Assembly (NCBI RefSeq): GCF_009914755.1
Contig: NC_060935.1
Strand: one strand, 5' to 3'
DNA length: 64,000 nt
Origin: the human T2T-CHM13v2.0 reference genome, Homo sapiens
Shown here: in pieces, positions 1 through 12,105 of the stretch
Position numbering within the stretch: the first letter of the stretch is position 1
How the letters are laid out: each line of letters begins with the position of its first letter
The notes under the pieces: model-generated
Databases searched by the model: none
Seen by the model: the letters and a program-made list of their open reading frames with translations, nothing else
What the model was told of the DNA's origin: nothing
Program-made: the position numbers and the translations under genes

Positions 1-385
1 CCATCACTCCTATTGTGGCTGTGTATGGAGACGAGTTCTCTAAGGAAGAAATTAAGGTTACATAAGGTCATAAGGGCTTCCATAGAATTTGCATCTTCAT
101 AAGAAGAGACACCAGGGAGCATGTGCCTCTGTCTCTCTCTCTCTTTCTCTCTCTCTCTCTTCCTCCCTCCATCTCTTTCTCTCTCCACACACAAAGGAAA
201 GGCCATGTGAGCAAAGAGTGGGAAAGCAGCCATCTGCAACCCAAGGAGAGAGCCCTCACCAGAAACTAAATTTGCTGGCACCCGATCTTGGACTTCTGAT
301 CTCCAGAATTGTGAGAAAATAAATGCCTGTTGTTTGAGCCACCAAATCTGTGGTATTTTGTTATGGCAGCCCAAGCAGACTGATG
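1..385 (+). mobile_element. MaLR LTR fragment (MLT1-like) with internal (CT)n tract
   Basis: Typical MLT1 3' end: ataaatgcctgttgtttgagccacc...tggtattttgttatggcagcccaagcagactga; (CT)n at ~132-185. Confidence 0.65.
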
Positions 386-567
386 TTCATGTATCAGAAG
401 ACTTAACATTTTTCAGATGGCAATATCCCCAAAATTGATCTACAGAGTCTATAATCTCTATCAGGAAAGCAGCTGGCTTCTTTGCAGATATTCACAGGCT
501 GATTCTAAAGTTCGTGTGGAATCTCAAGGGACCCTGAATAGCTAAAACAATGTTAAAAAGAAGAACA

Positions 568-882
<315 letters not shown>

Positions 883-1440
883 AGAAGAACAATGTTGGAG
901 GGCTCACACTTGCCAATTTGAAAACTTACTACAAAGCTGCAATCATCAAGGCAGTTTAGTACTGGCATTAGAATAGATGTATTAAACCAGTGGAATAGAA
1001 TTGAGAGCCAGAAATAAACCCTCGTGTAGATGACCAACTGATTTTTGACAGAGTGCCAGATTATTCAATGGAGGAAGAGCAGTACTTCAACAAATGGTGC
1101 TGGGAAACTAGACATCCACATGCACAGGAATGAGCTGAACCCCTACCTCACACCACAATAATTAATTCAAAATCGGTCCAAAGGCCTACATGTAAGAGTC
1201 AAATCTATAAAACTATTTAAAGAAAACATGACCTGGATTTAGCATGGATTGATAGATAGGACACCAAAAGGGCCAGCAACAAAAGAAAAATACAAATACA
1301 TTGGATGTCATCAAAAGTTAAATATTTTTGAATCAAAGGATACTATCAACAAAGTGAAAGAACAATCTACATAAAGGAAGAAAAGATTTACAAATCAGAT
1401 ATCTGATAAGCGTCTAGCATCTAGAGTATATAAAGAACTT

Positions 1441-2662
1441 TTTCTTCAACTTTTATTTGAGAATCAAGCAGTACATGTGCAGATTTGTCACATGGATATA
1501 TTGTGTGATGCTGAGGTTTGGAGTAGTGACTGTAGTACCCAATAGTTTTTCAGCCCTTGCCGCCTCCCTCCTTTCCTCCCTCCTCTTGTTCCCCAGTGTC
1601 TATGGTTTTCATCTTTATGTCCATGTGGACTCAATGTTTAGCTCTCACCTATAAGTGAGAATATGTGGGATTTGGTTTTCTGCTTCTGCATTAGTTCTCT
1701 TAGGATAATGGCCTCCAGCTGCATATTGCCGCAAAAGATATTACTTCATTCTTTTTTATAGCTGTGTAGTATTCCATGGTGTGTATGTACCACATTTTCT
1801 TTATCCAATCCACCATTGATGGGCACCTGGGTTGATTCCACATCTGTGCTTCTGTGAATAGCACTGCAATGAACATATGGATGCATGTGTCTTTTTGGTA
1901 GATTGATTTATTTTCCTTTGGGTATATACCCAATAATGAGATTGCTGGGTCAAATAGTAGTTCAATTCTTAGCTCTTTGAGGAATCTCCAAACTGCTCTC
2001 CATGGTGGCTGAAATCATTTACACTCCCACCAACAGTGTACAACTGTTCCCTTTTCTCCCAAGCTTTGCCAGCATCTGATTTTTGGTTTGTTTTGTTTTG
2101 TGTTGTTTCATTTTTTATTTTTTATCAAAAGCCATTCTGACTGATATGAGATGGTATCTCATGGTGGTTTTGATTTACATTCCCCTAATAGTTAGTGATG
2201 TGGAGCATTTTTTCATATAGTTGTTGGCCATGTGCATGTCTTCTTTTGAGAAGTGTCTGTTCATATCCTTTACTCACTTCGTAATGAAGTTATTTGTTTT
2301 TTGCTTGTTGATTTAAGTTCCTTGTAGATTGCAGATATTAGACTTTTGTCAGATGCACAGTGTGTGAATATTTTCACCCATTTTGTAGGTTGAGTGTTGA
2401 CTCCCTGATAGTTTCTCTTGCTGTGCAGAAGCTCTTCCGTTTAATTACGTCCCGCTTGTCAATTTTTGTTTTTGTAGCAATTGCTTGTGAGGATTTAGCC
2501 GTAATTCTTTTTTAACAAGGCTGATATCAAGAAGGTGATTTCCTAGGTCTTCTTCTAGGATTTTTATAGTTTGAGGTCTTACATTTCGGTCTTTAATCCA
2601 TCTTGAATTAATGTTTGTATATGGTGATCTGGTTAGCGGCCCAGTTTTATTCTTCTGGATGT
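1441..2662 (-). mobile_element. LINE-1 3' fragment (L1PB/old L1PA-like) nested antisense in the older L1
   Basis: ORF 1700..1933(-) translates to the L1 ORF2 C-terminus (GIYPKENKS...WNQPRCPSMVDWIKKMWYIHTMEYY). Confidence 0.85.
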
Positions 2663-2881
2663 GGAACTCAGTAATAAAAAGACAAATAACCCAATTAAAA
2701 AGTGGGCAAAGAATCTTAATTAGACATTTTCTGAAGAAGATACCCAAATGACAACAAGCATATAAAAAGACTCTGAGCATCATGATTCAACAGGGAGATG
2801 CAAATTGAAATCACAATGAGATACCATTTCACAAACACTAGGATGAATATAATGTAAAAGGTCAGACATTAACAAGTATTG

Positions 2882-3190
2882 GGGCAGGGTGTGCTTGTAC
2901 CTGTAATCCCAGTGACTCAGGAGGCTGGAAGGGAGGATCCCTTGGGGCCACGAGTTTGAGTCTAGTATGGGTATCATGGCAAGACCTTGTCTCTACAAAA
3001 AATTAAAAATTTAGCTGGGTGTGATGAGGCACAACTGTAGTCCCAGCTACTGGGGAGTTTGAGACAAGGATTGCTTGGGTCCAGGAGGTTGAGGCTGCAG
3101 TGAGCTATGATCATGACACTGCACTTCAGCTTTGTCAACACAGTAAAACCCTGTCTCTAAAAAATAAATAAATAAAAATAAAATAAAATA
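2882..3190 (+). mobile_element. AluJ-like
   Basis: Diverged Alu dimer (gaggctgcagtgagctatgatc) with (TAAAA)n tail. Confidence 0.8.
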
Positions 3191-4044
3191 ACAACTGTTG
3201 ACAAGGATGCAGAAACACTGGAACCTCCATGCACTGCTGTGGGAATGTAAATTGCTCAGCCACTGTGGAAAACAGTCTGCAGTTCCTCAAAAACTTAAGC
3301 AGAGAGTTACCATAGGGCCCAGCAATTCTGCTCATAAGGATGTTCCCAAGGGAAATGAAAACACATTCCATGCAAAAACTGGCACACCCATGTTCACAGC
3401 AGCATTACTCACAACAGCCAAAAGGTGGAAACAGTCTAATGTCTGCCAACTGAGGAATGAATGGTGTATTCATACAAAGGAAGATTAGTGTAAATAATTT
3501 ATCATAGTAATGAAGTCCTGTTTCAGGCTGCAACATGGATGAACCACAAAACATTACACTAAGTGAAAGAAGGAAATTATAAAAGACCACATATCATATA
3601 ATTTCACAGGTATGAAATTTCAAGAATAGAAAAATAGAGAGAGACAAAAAGTAAATTAGTAGTAGCCTCTGGCTACTACTAATGTTACCCATTTATCAGA
3701 CTCAGGTGAGACACTCACATATGTCACAGGAAGTGGGTATACCAGTTACAGACAGGCAGCAAGGGAGAACAGGAGCCTCGGATTCATTGGGAGCCCTCTA
3801 GCCTCAGCAAAGCTTCCCAGGTGAGCTGAGTCTTATCCATGTGTGCCCCACTCACACCACAGCTGAGGGATCCCAGAAAGCCGCCTGCCCTCGGTCTTAT
3901 GTCCCAGGGCTACAGGATTCACTGCACTAAAGCACGAAAGAATATCCTGTTTCTAGGAACTGGGACAAAGCCCGACTCTTCTGGCCAGTCCCTCCCTAAC
4001 TCAGGATGTTGCATTCCCAGCATATTCTACAGTTATTCTTTTTC

Positions 4045-4720
4045 TTTCTTTATTAATATTTTAATTGAAGCATGATCATTGTACATGTTTATGGGGACCA
4101 GTGAGATATCAACTTCTTTAGCTTGCACCTGTGAGTGAGATCATGCAGTTCATCTTTCTGTGCCTGGCTTATTTCATTTAGCATAATGTCCTCCAAGCTC
4201 ACCTGTATTGTCACATAGGGCAGAATTTTGTTCTGCTCTAGGGTTAAATAGAATTCCATTGTGTGTATACACCATCTTTTCCTTTTCATTACTTTTCCAT
4301 GTTTTCCATTCATCTGTTGACAAGCACTTAGGTGCTTTCATATCATGGCTATCGTGAGCAGTGCTGTGATAAACATGGGGTGCAGATATCTCTTCAACAC
4401 ACTGATTTCTTTTCCTTTGGATACACACCCCATAGTGGGATTGCTGGGTTAGCTCTATTTTTAGCTTTTTGAGGAATCTCCATACAGTTTTCCTTAGTGG
4501 TTGTACAACTTCCCACTAACAGCATACGAGTTCCCTTTCTTCACTTCCTCTGCAGGATTTATTTTTGCCTTTTTGATAATGGCCATTCTGTGGGATGAGA
4601 GGACACCTCATTGTGGTTTTGACTTGCGTGTCCCTGATGATGAATGATGCTGAGCATTCCTTCAAGCTCTCGTTGGTCATTTGTACGTCTTCTTTCAGAA
4701 ATGTCGGTTCAGCTCCCTCT
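4045..4720 (-). mobile_element. LINE-1 3' end (L1MA-like)
   Basis: ctgtgcctggcttatttcatttagcataatgtcctccaag etc.; minus-strand translation [15 protein letters not shown]. Confidence 0.7.
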
Positions 4721-4974
4721 GCAGTCACGCCTGAGAACCACAAGTGAGACACGGGGAGAATTGCATTGGTCTGAAGCCGCCTGGAGAACTGTCCTGTGGG
4801 GTAGTGAGTGGGGGGTACTAAAGGGCATGAGGTTATGAAATTTTCTACAACTGATTATGGTGATAGGTACACGGCTCTGTGAATATACTAAAAGCATTGA
4901 ATTGTATACCTTAAATGGGAGAATTGTGTGGTATATGAACGATATGTCAATAAAGCTGTTAACAAAACAAGAAG

Positions 4975-6148
4975 AGGTATCAGAGAGGTTGGGGATCAGT
5001 GAAGCCGTGGTTGTATCAATGCACCAAGAGTTCTGGTGGAATGAAAGCACTGGAGAAAGTGAGCTAGAAAGAGGAGGGTGGCTGGAAGCGGGTGCATGGG
5101 ACACACCCCACTGGGGTGCCCTGTGAAGAACAAGGGCACAGATATCACCACAGGGGTGAGGGGTGGGGAAGGATCTTTTACTTGTGTAAATGATCCCCAC
5201 AGGGGCACTGCTTAACTGAGCAGTGGGAAGGAGGACACCATCCTCCAGCCCCCAGAATGGTAGAGCAACTGACAGCTTGCATCTTGAGCATGGAGAAGCT
5301 GCAGGCACCCAACTCCAACCCATGAGAGCAGCTGCAGGGGGTGAACCCTGCAAAGTCACGAGGGTGGAGTTCCCCAAGGCCTTAGGAGTCCACCCCTCAC
5401 TCCAGTGTACCCTGGATGTGGGACTGGGAGTCCAAGGACATTATTTTGGAGCTTTAAGATTTAATGGCTGCCCTGCTGGATTTCAGACATGCATGGGGTC
5501 CGTAGCCCCTTCCTTTGGGCTGACTTCTCCCTTTTGGAATGGGAATGTTTACCCAATGCTTCTACCCTCATTGTATCTTGTAAGTAAATAATGTATTTTG
5601 ATTTTCACAGGTTCATAGGTAGAAGGAACTTGGACTTGGGACTTCAGACTTGATGTTGGAATGAGTCAAGACATTGAGAGGACTGTTGAGAAGAGATGAT
5701 CCTATTTTGTGATGTAAGGACATGAGATTTGAGGGGTCAGGGGGATAATGACATAGTTGGGCTGTCCCCTCCAAATCTCTTGTCGAAATGTAATCCCCAG
5801 TGTTGAAGGAGGGGCCTGCAAGGAGGTGTTTAGGTCATGGGGGCGGATCCCTCATAACTGGCTTAGCGCCATCTCCTTGGCGATGAGTGTGTTCACTCAG
5901 ATCTGGTTGTTCGCAAGTGTGTGGCCCCTCCTCACCCCTTGCTCCCATTCTCACCATGTGGCGTGCCTACTCCTGCTTCGCCTTCCACCATGAGGAAAAC
6001 CTCCCTGAGGGCCTCCCCAGAAGCTGAGCAGAGGTGGGTGCCATGCTTGTGCAGCCTGCAGAACCATGAGCCATTCTAACCTCTTTCCTTTATAAATTAC
6101 CCAGCCTCAAGTATTTCTTTAGAGCAATGCAAAGAATGGTCTAACACA
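4975..6148 (+). mobile_element. MaLR (MST-like) internal remnant plus 3' LTR (LTR 5749-6148)
   Basis: Internal motifs ccccagaatggtagagcaactgacagcttgca and ttttggagctttaagatttaatg; LTR tgacatagttgg...ataaattacccagcctcaagtatttctttagagcaatgcaaagaatggtctaacaca. Confidence 0.75.
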
Positions 6149-6410
6149 CCCAGAAAGCTGAGACTGGTATGAGTAAAATATAAAGACCATGGATAACTTT
6201 TGAAATCTGAAAATGTAAAATTAATATTACTGGGGGAGTTAACACAGGAAAGATGAGAGCATGTGGGCAGAGGCTGTTGCCCATTGGTCACATGTGGTCA
6301 GCAGAGAGCAGGTGACCAGCACCCTGGAGCTTTGCAAGAAGTACCAGACAGCCTGGAGTTGAGGTTTTAATTATAGGGGCCAAAACAAACGGGGAAAAAG
6401 ACAAATTTAG

Positions 6411-6551
6411 CATACAAAGAAAGTAGATGCTCAACTGAGCCAGGAGGAAGTCACTAGCAAAAAGGAAAAAAACAGAGCTCTGGAAAAATAATGTAAACAG
6501 TCACAAGAAAGGGACCCTGTGTCCTGCCTGACATCTGGACAGGTATATAAA
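6411..6551 (+). promoter_or_regulatory. KRTAP5 proximal promoter: TATATAAA 6544-6551, forkhead-type TGTAAACA 6492-6499, LEF/TCF-like TACAAAG 6413-6419
   Basis: TATA box ~85 nt upstream of the ATG; motifs conserved in the paralogous promoter. Confidence 0.7.
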
Positions 6552-6633
6552 GAGCCCGGGCTCAGGGAGCTCCACACCTGCACCTCCCTCTCACCTGCTC
6601 CTCTACCTGATCCACCCTCAATCTACCAGAACC

Positions 6634-7293
6634 ATGGGCTGCTGTGGCTGCTCCAGAGGCTGTGGCTCCGGCTGTGGGGGCTGTGGCTCCGGCTGTGGGG
6701 GTTGTGGCTCCGGCTGTGGGGGCTGTGGCTCCGGCTGTGGGGGCTATGGCTCTGGCTGTGGGGGCTGTGGCTCCAGCTGCTGTGTGCCCATCTGCTGCTG
6801 CAAGCCCGTGTGCTGCTGTGTGCCAGCCTGTTCCTGCTCCAGCTGTGGCTCGTGTGGGGGCTCCAAGGGGGACTGTGGCTCTTGTGGGGGCTCCAAAGGG
6901 GGCTGTGGTTCCTGTGGGGGCTCCAAGGGGGGCTGTGGCTCCTGTGGGGGCTCCAAGGGAGGCTGTGGCTCCTGTGGGGGCTCCAAGGGGGGCTGTGGTT
7001 CTTGTGGGGGCTCCAAGGGGGGCTGTGGCTCCTGTGGGGGCTCCAAAGGTGGCTGTGGTTCCTGTGGGGGCTCCAAGGGGGGCTGTGGTTCTTGTGGCTG
7101 CTCCCAGTGCAATTGCTGTAAGCCCTGCTGCTGCTCCTCAGGCTGTGGATCCTGCTGCCAGTCCAGCTGCTGCAATCCCTGCTGCTGCCAGTCCAGCTGC
7201 TGTGTCCCCGTGTGCTGCCAGTCTAGCTGCTGCAAGCCCTGCTGCTGTCAGTCCAGCTGCTGTGTCCCCGTGTGCTGCCAGTGTAAGATCTGA
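6634..7293 (+). CDS. KRTAP5-10: Keratin-associated protein 5 family (ultra-high sulfur), 219 aa, single exon
   Basis: accATGG Kozak; MGCCGCS start, CGSGCGG x5, [10 protein letters not shown] x8, CCQSSCC repeats, CCQCKI end; TATA and AATAAA present. Symbol from the GYGSG/SKGD features and gene order (recalled). Confidence 0.9.
   Translation: MGCCGCSRGCGSGCGGCGSGCGGCGSGCGGCGSGCGGYGSGCGGCGSSCCVPICCCKPVCCCVPACSCSSCGSCGGSKGDCGSCGGSKGGCGSCGGSKGGCGSCGGSKGGCGSCGGSKGGCGSCGGSKGGCGSCGGSKGGCGSCGGSKGGCGSCGCSQCNCCKPCCCSSGCGSCCQSSCCNPCCCQSSCCVPVCCQSSCCKPCCCQSSCCVPVCCQCKI
6661..7083 (+). repeat. Coding VNTRs: 21-bp x5 (6661-6765) and 30-bp x8 (6844-7083)
   Basis: tgtggctccggctgtgggggc and tgtggYtcYtgtgggggctccaaggggggc units counted directly. 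Confidence 0.9.
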
Positions 7294-7804
7294 GGCTCTG
7301 AACCCAGACCTTCAGGTTTCACCTGTTTGGTGAAAGCATTTGTTATGATTTCCCTGAATTAATTCATCCCACGCATCCTCCCTGAGGCACCTGCCCCTTC
7401 TCCAGCTCATCATCCATGCACGCACCTCCTTCCATGGCTCAGCTCTCCACTGGGCCCTGCCTTCAGCCTCCTCACTCCGGAAATGCATGTTTCCTTGATG
7501 CAGGAGGTGGCCTTGCCTGGACGCGGGCACCCAGCCAACTGCCATGGTGTTCCCTGCACTTGGGTGTGGACCATCTTCTTCTTCTCCCTCGGCTGACTGA
7601 GATGCAAGGTCTGACCCCACAAGGCCAGGCCAATGTTGCTCAGTGATCCCTAAGAACCAGCTTCTCAACCACCATTGGGACCCTGGATCCTCCAGGGCCG
7701 CTGCCTGTTCTCCAGTGGCCACCTGTGACCAGGAAGGTCTCCTTCCTTCCTGTTGTCTCCATCTATTTAAAAACAATAACAAAGTAATGAATGAATTTCC
7801 TTAC

Positions 7805-7810
7805 AATAAA
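7805..7810 (+). terminator. Polyadenylation signal AATAAA of the KRTAP5-10-like gene
   Basis: ~510 nt after the stop codon; conserved in the paralog (22930-22935). Confidence 0.75.
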
Positions 7811-8995
7811 GCCTCTCATGTCTGTAAATCAGCTGCATGCTTGGTGCAATTCTGTCCAACCCCTTTCCTGTGCAGTGACTGATTCTGCGTTCTGATCTGT
7901 CAGCTAAGCTGGGAAACGCCTGCCAGCAGGCCTGGTACATTCACAAAAAAACCTGCCATTCCCTTCTGTCCTCCTCTCAGCCTCAAATATCTTCACAGTC
8001 TCTGCTCGCAGGAGAAGAGGGCAAAGCCCGGGAGGATTCAGCATTCAATGCCCGCCCTAGAGGCGCAGAGGGGCAGGCAGGCCCTGAGTCCTGATGACCA
8101 GCCAAGCAGGGCTTTGCACAAGACCCATGGCTTCCAGCTTCCCGCTCTCCTCTGGGGCCTCGGAAGGACCCCAGGCAGGGCAAGGTCAGAGGAGGGAGGA
8201 GTGAAGCACCACTGAGCTCCAACGCACTCTGATTCAAACATTCAATTAGCCTTTTACAATTATGAGGTCAACGGCTTTCCATAACTAAAGGTAACCAGGA
8301 AGTTACAGAATGGCCCAAGGTGTCCTCGGAGCTCAGTCTCCCGGCAGGAAAGGAGAGTTCCTGGGAAGTGACACATTTGGGGACCCTGAGCCAAGTCCAT
8401 CTGTTTCATGGTGACATGCCACCACGCTGAGCCTGTTCTCTGACCAGTGTCACAGGCAAGGCTTTAGAAATCACGCACTGGGGAGGAGGAGACAAGAGTG
8501 ATCTGAGGATAATCTCCAGCCAAGCGAACCCGGAGGGAAAAGGTGGAGGGAAGACAGCACACAGGGAGTGCTGGTGAGAAATGAGCTCCCACAGAACACT
8601 CACAGATCTAAGCGACTGCTGATACTGCTGGGGAAGAGCAGAGTGGGAATTTCCAAGACAAATTTCTGAGAGAAAAGAGATGCAATGTAAGGAAAAATGA
8701 AATAATCTAGAAATAAAGGCTTAGATTAATTCAGCCACATTTAGGAAAGGGAATAAAAGTGTGTCAAAGGTGCATCTTGCTAGGGGACATGGCTATCGTT
8801 AGTTTCACGACGTTAAAAGGAAATGCTGCTTAAGACAGTTTACTCAAAAATCCAAACTGGGAAACTCCAGAAGGTGGCAGCAGACATGAACGCAGAGTTC
8901 ATTACATATGGGCCCTGTACATTCCCACAACCCACAGGACACCGAGCAACTAGGTAACAAAACAGAAAATGCATGCTGGAGACATAACAAAACCA

Positions 8996-9160
8996 GGTAA
9001 GCTGGGCATGGTGGCTCACACCTGTAGCCTCAGCTACGTGGAAGGCTGAGGTGGGAGGATGGCTTGAGCCTGGGAGTTTGAGGCTGCAGTGAGCTGTGAT
9101 CGCACCCCTGGGATCCAGCCTCAGCAACCTAAAGTGAGATGGTGTCTCAAGAAAAAAAAC
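8996..9160 (+). mobile_element. Alu monomer (FRAM/AluJ-like); mirror copy at ~21520-21740 (-)
   Basis: gctgggcatggtggctcacacctgtag...gaggctgcagtgagctgtgatc with short A tail. Confidence 0.7.
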
Positions 9161-9518
9161 AAGTGAACCTCAAAGTCCAAGAAGGTGGGGATAAATTTAC
9201 AAGAGCCACAGTCCCCCAGGGTTTCAGTGTCTGTGTAGGAGAAAGCAAAGAAACATCTAACAGAGCCGAAAACAGGGGAACCTCAAAAGAGCCAACAGGT
9301 GTGTGCTGGAAAAGCACAGCATGAATTTTGAATTCAGCTCCTGAAATGGGGAAGGTTTTCCTCTCTCCAGTGGAGAGTGGGTGCAAGGGCCCTCAGTAAG
9401 TCCCTATAGGCAATAAAAGAAAGCTGGGAAGCCTGCCGTGAAACAGATCACAGTGGTAGCGTACTGTTTCCAAAGGAGCTAATGAACAATGAAAGGAAAT
9501 GATACCAGACATAAAAGA

Positions 9519-9775
9519 GGCTGCATGTGGTGGCTCATGCCTGTCATCCCTGCAATTTGGGAGGCCAAGGCAGGAGGATCACTTGAGGCCAAGAGATCAA
9601 ATCCAGCCTGGACAATAAGGAGAGATCTTATCTCTACAAAAAAAAAAAATTTTAAGTACCTGGGCATGGTGACACCCACTTGTAGTCTTGTTTACTCAGG
9701 AGGATTACTTGAGACCAGGAGGTGGAGGCTGCAGTGACCTGTGACTGCGCCACTGCACTTCATACTGGGCAACAT
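9519..9775 (+). mobile_element. AluJ-like, 3'-truncated and fused to a KRTAP5 fragment
   Basis: Alu dimer ending ctgggcaacattctca without a poly-A tail. Confidence 0.8.
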
Positions 9776-10000
9776 TCTCAGTGCAGTTGCTGCAAACTCT
9801 GCTGCTGCTCCTCAGGCTGTGAATCAACCTGCTCCCAGTCCAGCTGCTGCAAGCCCTGCTGCTCCCGGTCCAGCTGCTGCAAGTCCTGATGTTCCCGGTC
9901 CAGCTGCTGCAAGTCCTGCTGTTCCCGGTCCAGCTGCTGCAGGTCCTGCTGCTCCAAGTCCAGCTGCTGTGTCCCTATTTGCTGTCAGTACAAGATCTGA
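9776..10000 (+). pseudogene. 5'-truncated KRTAP5 pseudogene fragment
   Basis: [29 protein letters not shown]...[11 protein letters not shown]; internal TGA 9887-9889; 30-bp repeat x4. Confidence 0.85.
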
Positions 10001-11669
10001 TCTTTAACACACAGCCATATTGGCTCTCATCCACATGCTCCAGACAGAGAACAATGTATCAGCATAAAGCCGTGAATCACAGCCCTGGGGTGACTGTTTT
10101 CTAGAATGTTGGAGCAGCAGTATTTGGAACAGGAAGAGCCTACACAGGCCCTGTGCGGGGCACAACCCCTCACCACCCTCATCTCACCATGGGTGGCTGT
10201 CATGGTGCATGAGACCGCTCCTCTTCCTCTCCTGCACCACCTCTCTCTACCCTGACATTCTAAACCCTCTCCTCCCAGGCATGGTCCCAAGGAAAGCTCC
10301 TGTTGCAATCTGTCTATTGGGCTCTGCAAATTCTGAGCCTTGACCTTGTGAGTCCTTTGAATAAGCGATCCCTTCCCCTCACGAGTCCTGTTTTCAGTGT
10401 GGCCCTTTTCCTGCTGTTCCTTTTGAATGAGCCTTTCAACCTCCCTCCTGGCCCTAAAGCACCCCCTTTCTTTGCGCTTCCTGATCACATCAGGCTGTTG
10501 GGTGATCCACTCCTTCATGCGGCACAGTTTGCTAAGCACCACTGCATGCACCAGGAGCGCGAGAAGAACGCAGCGTGGCGCCTGGCCTTGGGGTGCTTGG
10601 ACGGGAGCTGGGGAGCCCCTACGATAGGGTGGAGGGGTAACTGAGGTCCTCCACAGCCAGGTGGCGAGAAGGCCGAGCGGGGCAGATGTGAGAGGGTCTG
10701 AGACGCAGCATGACAGGGAAGAGACCAGCCAACTCTAAAAATAGCTTTGGGAGTAGAATTTCAAGCATGGTGACTGCTTGGATGGACGAAGGGCTGGGAG
10801 AGGCATAGAGAGAAAGGAGGAGGGAAGGGGGGCTCCCTTGTTCCTGAGCCAGTGCAGAGTCCTCCAGGACCCACTTCTTTCTGTGTCCTGCCCACCCTGT
10901 GACCTGGCCAGCTGCACGTTTTCCCAGCAGGCTTGAAGCCACGCTGTGCTGTGAACATTCCCAGGCCCTGAACACTGAGAAAGGTGTTCACGTTGATGTC
11001 CAAAACAGTGAAATCTCAAACACGTGGCTAAACATGCAGAAGCTATCTCAGACCCTGAGGCTAACCCCTCACAGCCCCATGTGAGCTCCACGGCCTGGGC
11101 CCTCGCTGCAGACATGCCTGCGTGTCCCCCTTCTCTCAGTTGTGACTGTGGCTCAGATGTGCCTACATCTGCCCCCTCTGGCGTTGCGGCCTTGGCTGGC
11201 ATCCTCTGAAAAAGATGAAGGGAGGGGAAGGGACACAGCCCTCGGTGCTGCCCTGACAAATGCTCTTGACTGACCCCCTCTCTGGAGGGGCTGGGGCTGT
11301 CCCTGCATTACTCCCCTGCCACAGCTTTTGGGGTGACTCCAGCAGCAGGACTGGCCAGACAGAACAGTAAGGGAATTGAGACCCACCTTATTGGTCTCAG
11401 AACTTTGTATAAATCCCACAGGATAATATTAGCATTGGTTTAAGTGGTTCACTGATTGTTTTAAAGGGATTTGTATTTTAAAGTCTTGATAAAACAAGCA
11501 GGGAAAATTCATGCTACCCCTTGATTCTGCCAAAAAACCACCTGCTTCTTGGAAGAGGCCAGACCCCGTTCAGAGCCGCCGTTTACTAATCAGAGGAGAG
11601 AGGCTCGCTCAGCAGAGATGCGTGTCTCCTCTTCAAGCTGTGAGAGTCTGAAGCCCTCGGACACCAAAG

Positions 11670-12105
11670 AAGTGTGTGGAGGGTGTATGGGGGGTTGTGT
11701 TTGAATGTGTGCATGTGAGTGCATGAGTGTGTGTGTCAAAGAATATGTGTATGAGTATGCGTATGACTGTGAGTGTGTGTGCAAATATGCATGAGGATTT
11801 GCATGAGTGTGTGAGTGCACATGAGTGTATGAGCAGGTACATGAGTGTGTCAGTGTGTGAGTGTGAGTGTGAGATTGCGTGTATAAGTGTGAGTGCATGT
11901 GAGCATATGAGTCGGTGTAGGGGTGTGTCAGTGTGTGTGTGTGAGTGAGTCTGAGAGTGTGTGTATGAGTGTGTGAATGCAAGTGAGTGTACGAGTTGGT
12001 GTAGGGGTGTGAGTGTGTGTGAGAATGTGTGTATGAGTGTGTGAGTCCATGTGAGTGTACGAGTCAGTGTAGGGGTGTGTGTGTGTGAGTGTGAGAGTGT
12101 GTTTA
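11670..12105. repeat. (TG)-rich low-complexity tract; (CA)-rich mirror at ~18570-19090
   Basis: Degenerate gtgtgagtgt repeats, length differs between arms. Confidence 0.9.

Noticed and set aside
4709-5591. 222-aa (-) and 122-aa (+) ORFs
   Set aside because: Lie across L1 and MaLR-internal remnants; no coherent protein family
6519-7333. Overlapping long ORFs in other frames (LWGL-rich 200 aa, AVAP-rich 229 aa, antisense [10 protein letters not shown] 163 aa; likewise around 23380-23906)
   Set aside because: Shadows of the repetitive Cys/Gly/Ser codons, which lack stops in other frames; non-ATG or poor starts; only the KRTAP frame has Kozak, TATA spacing and family identity
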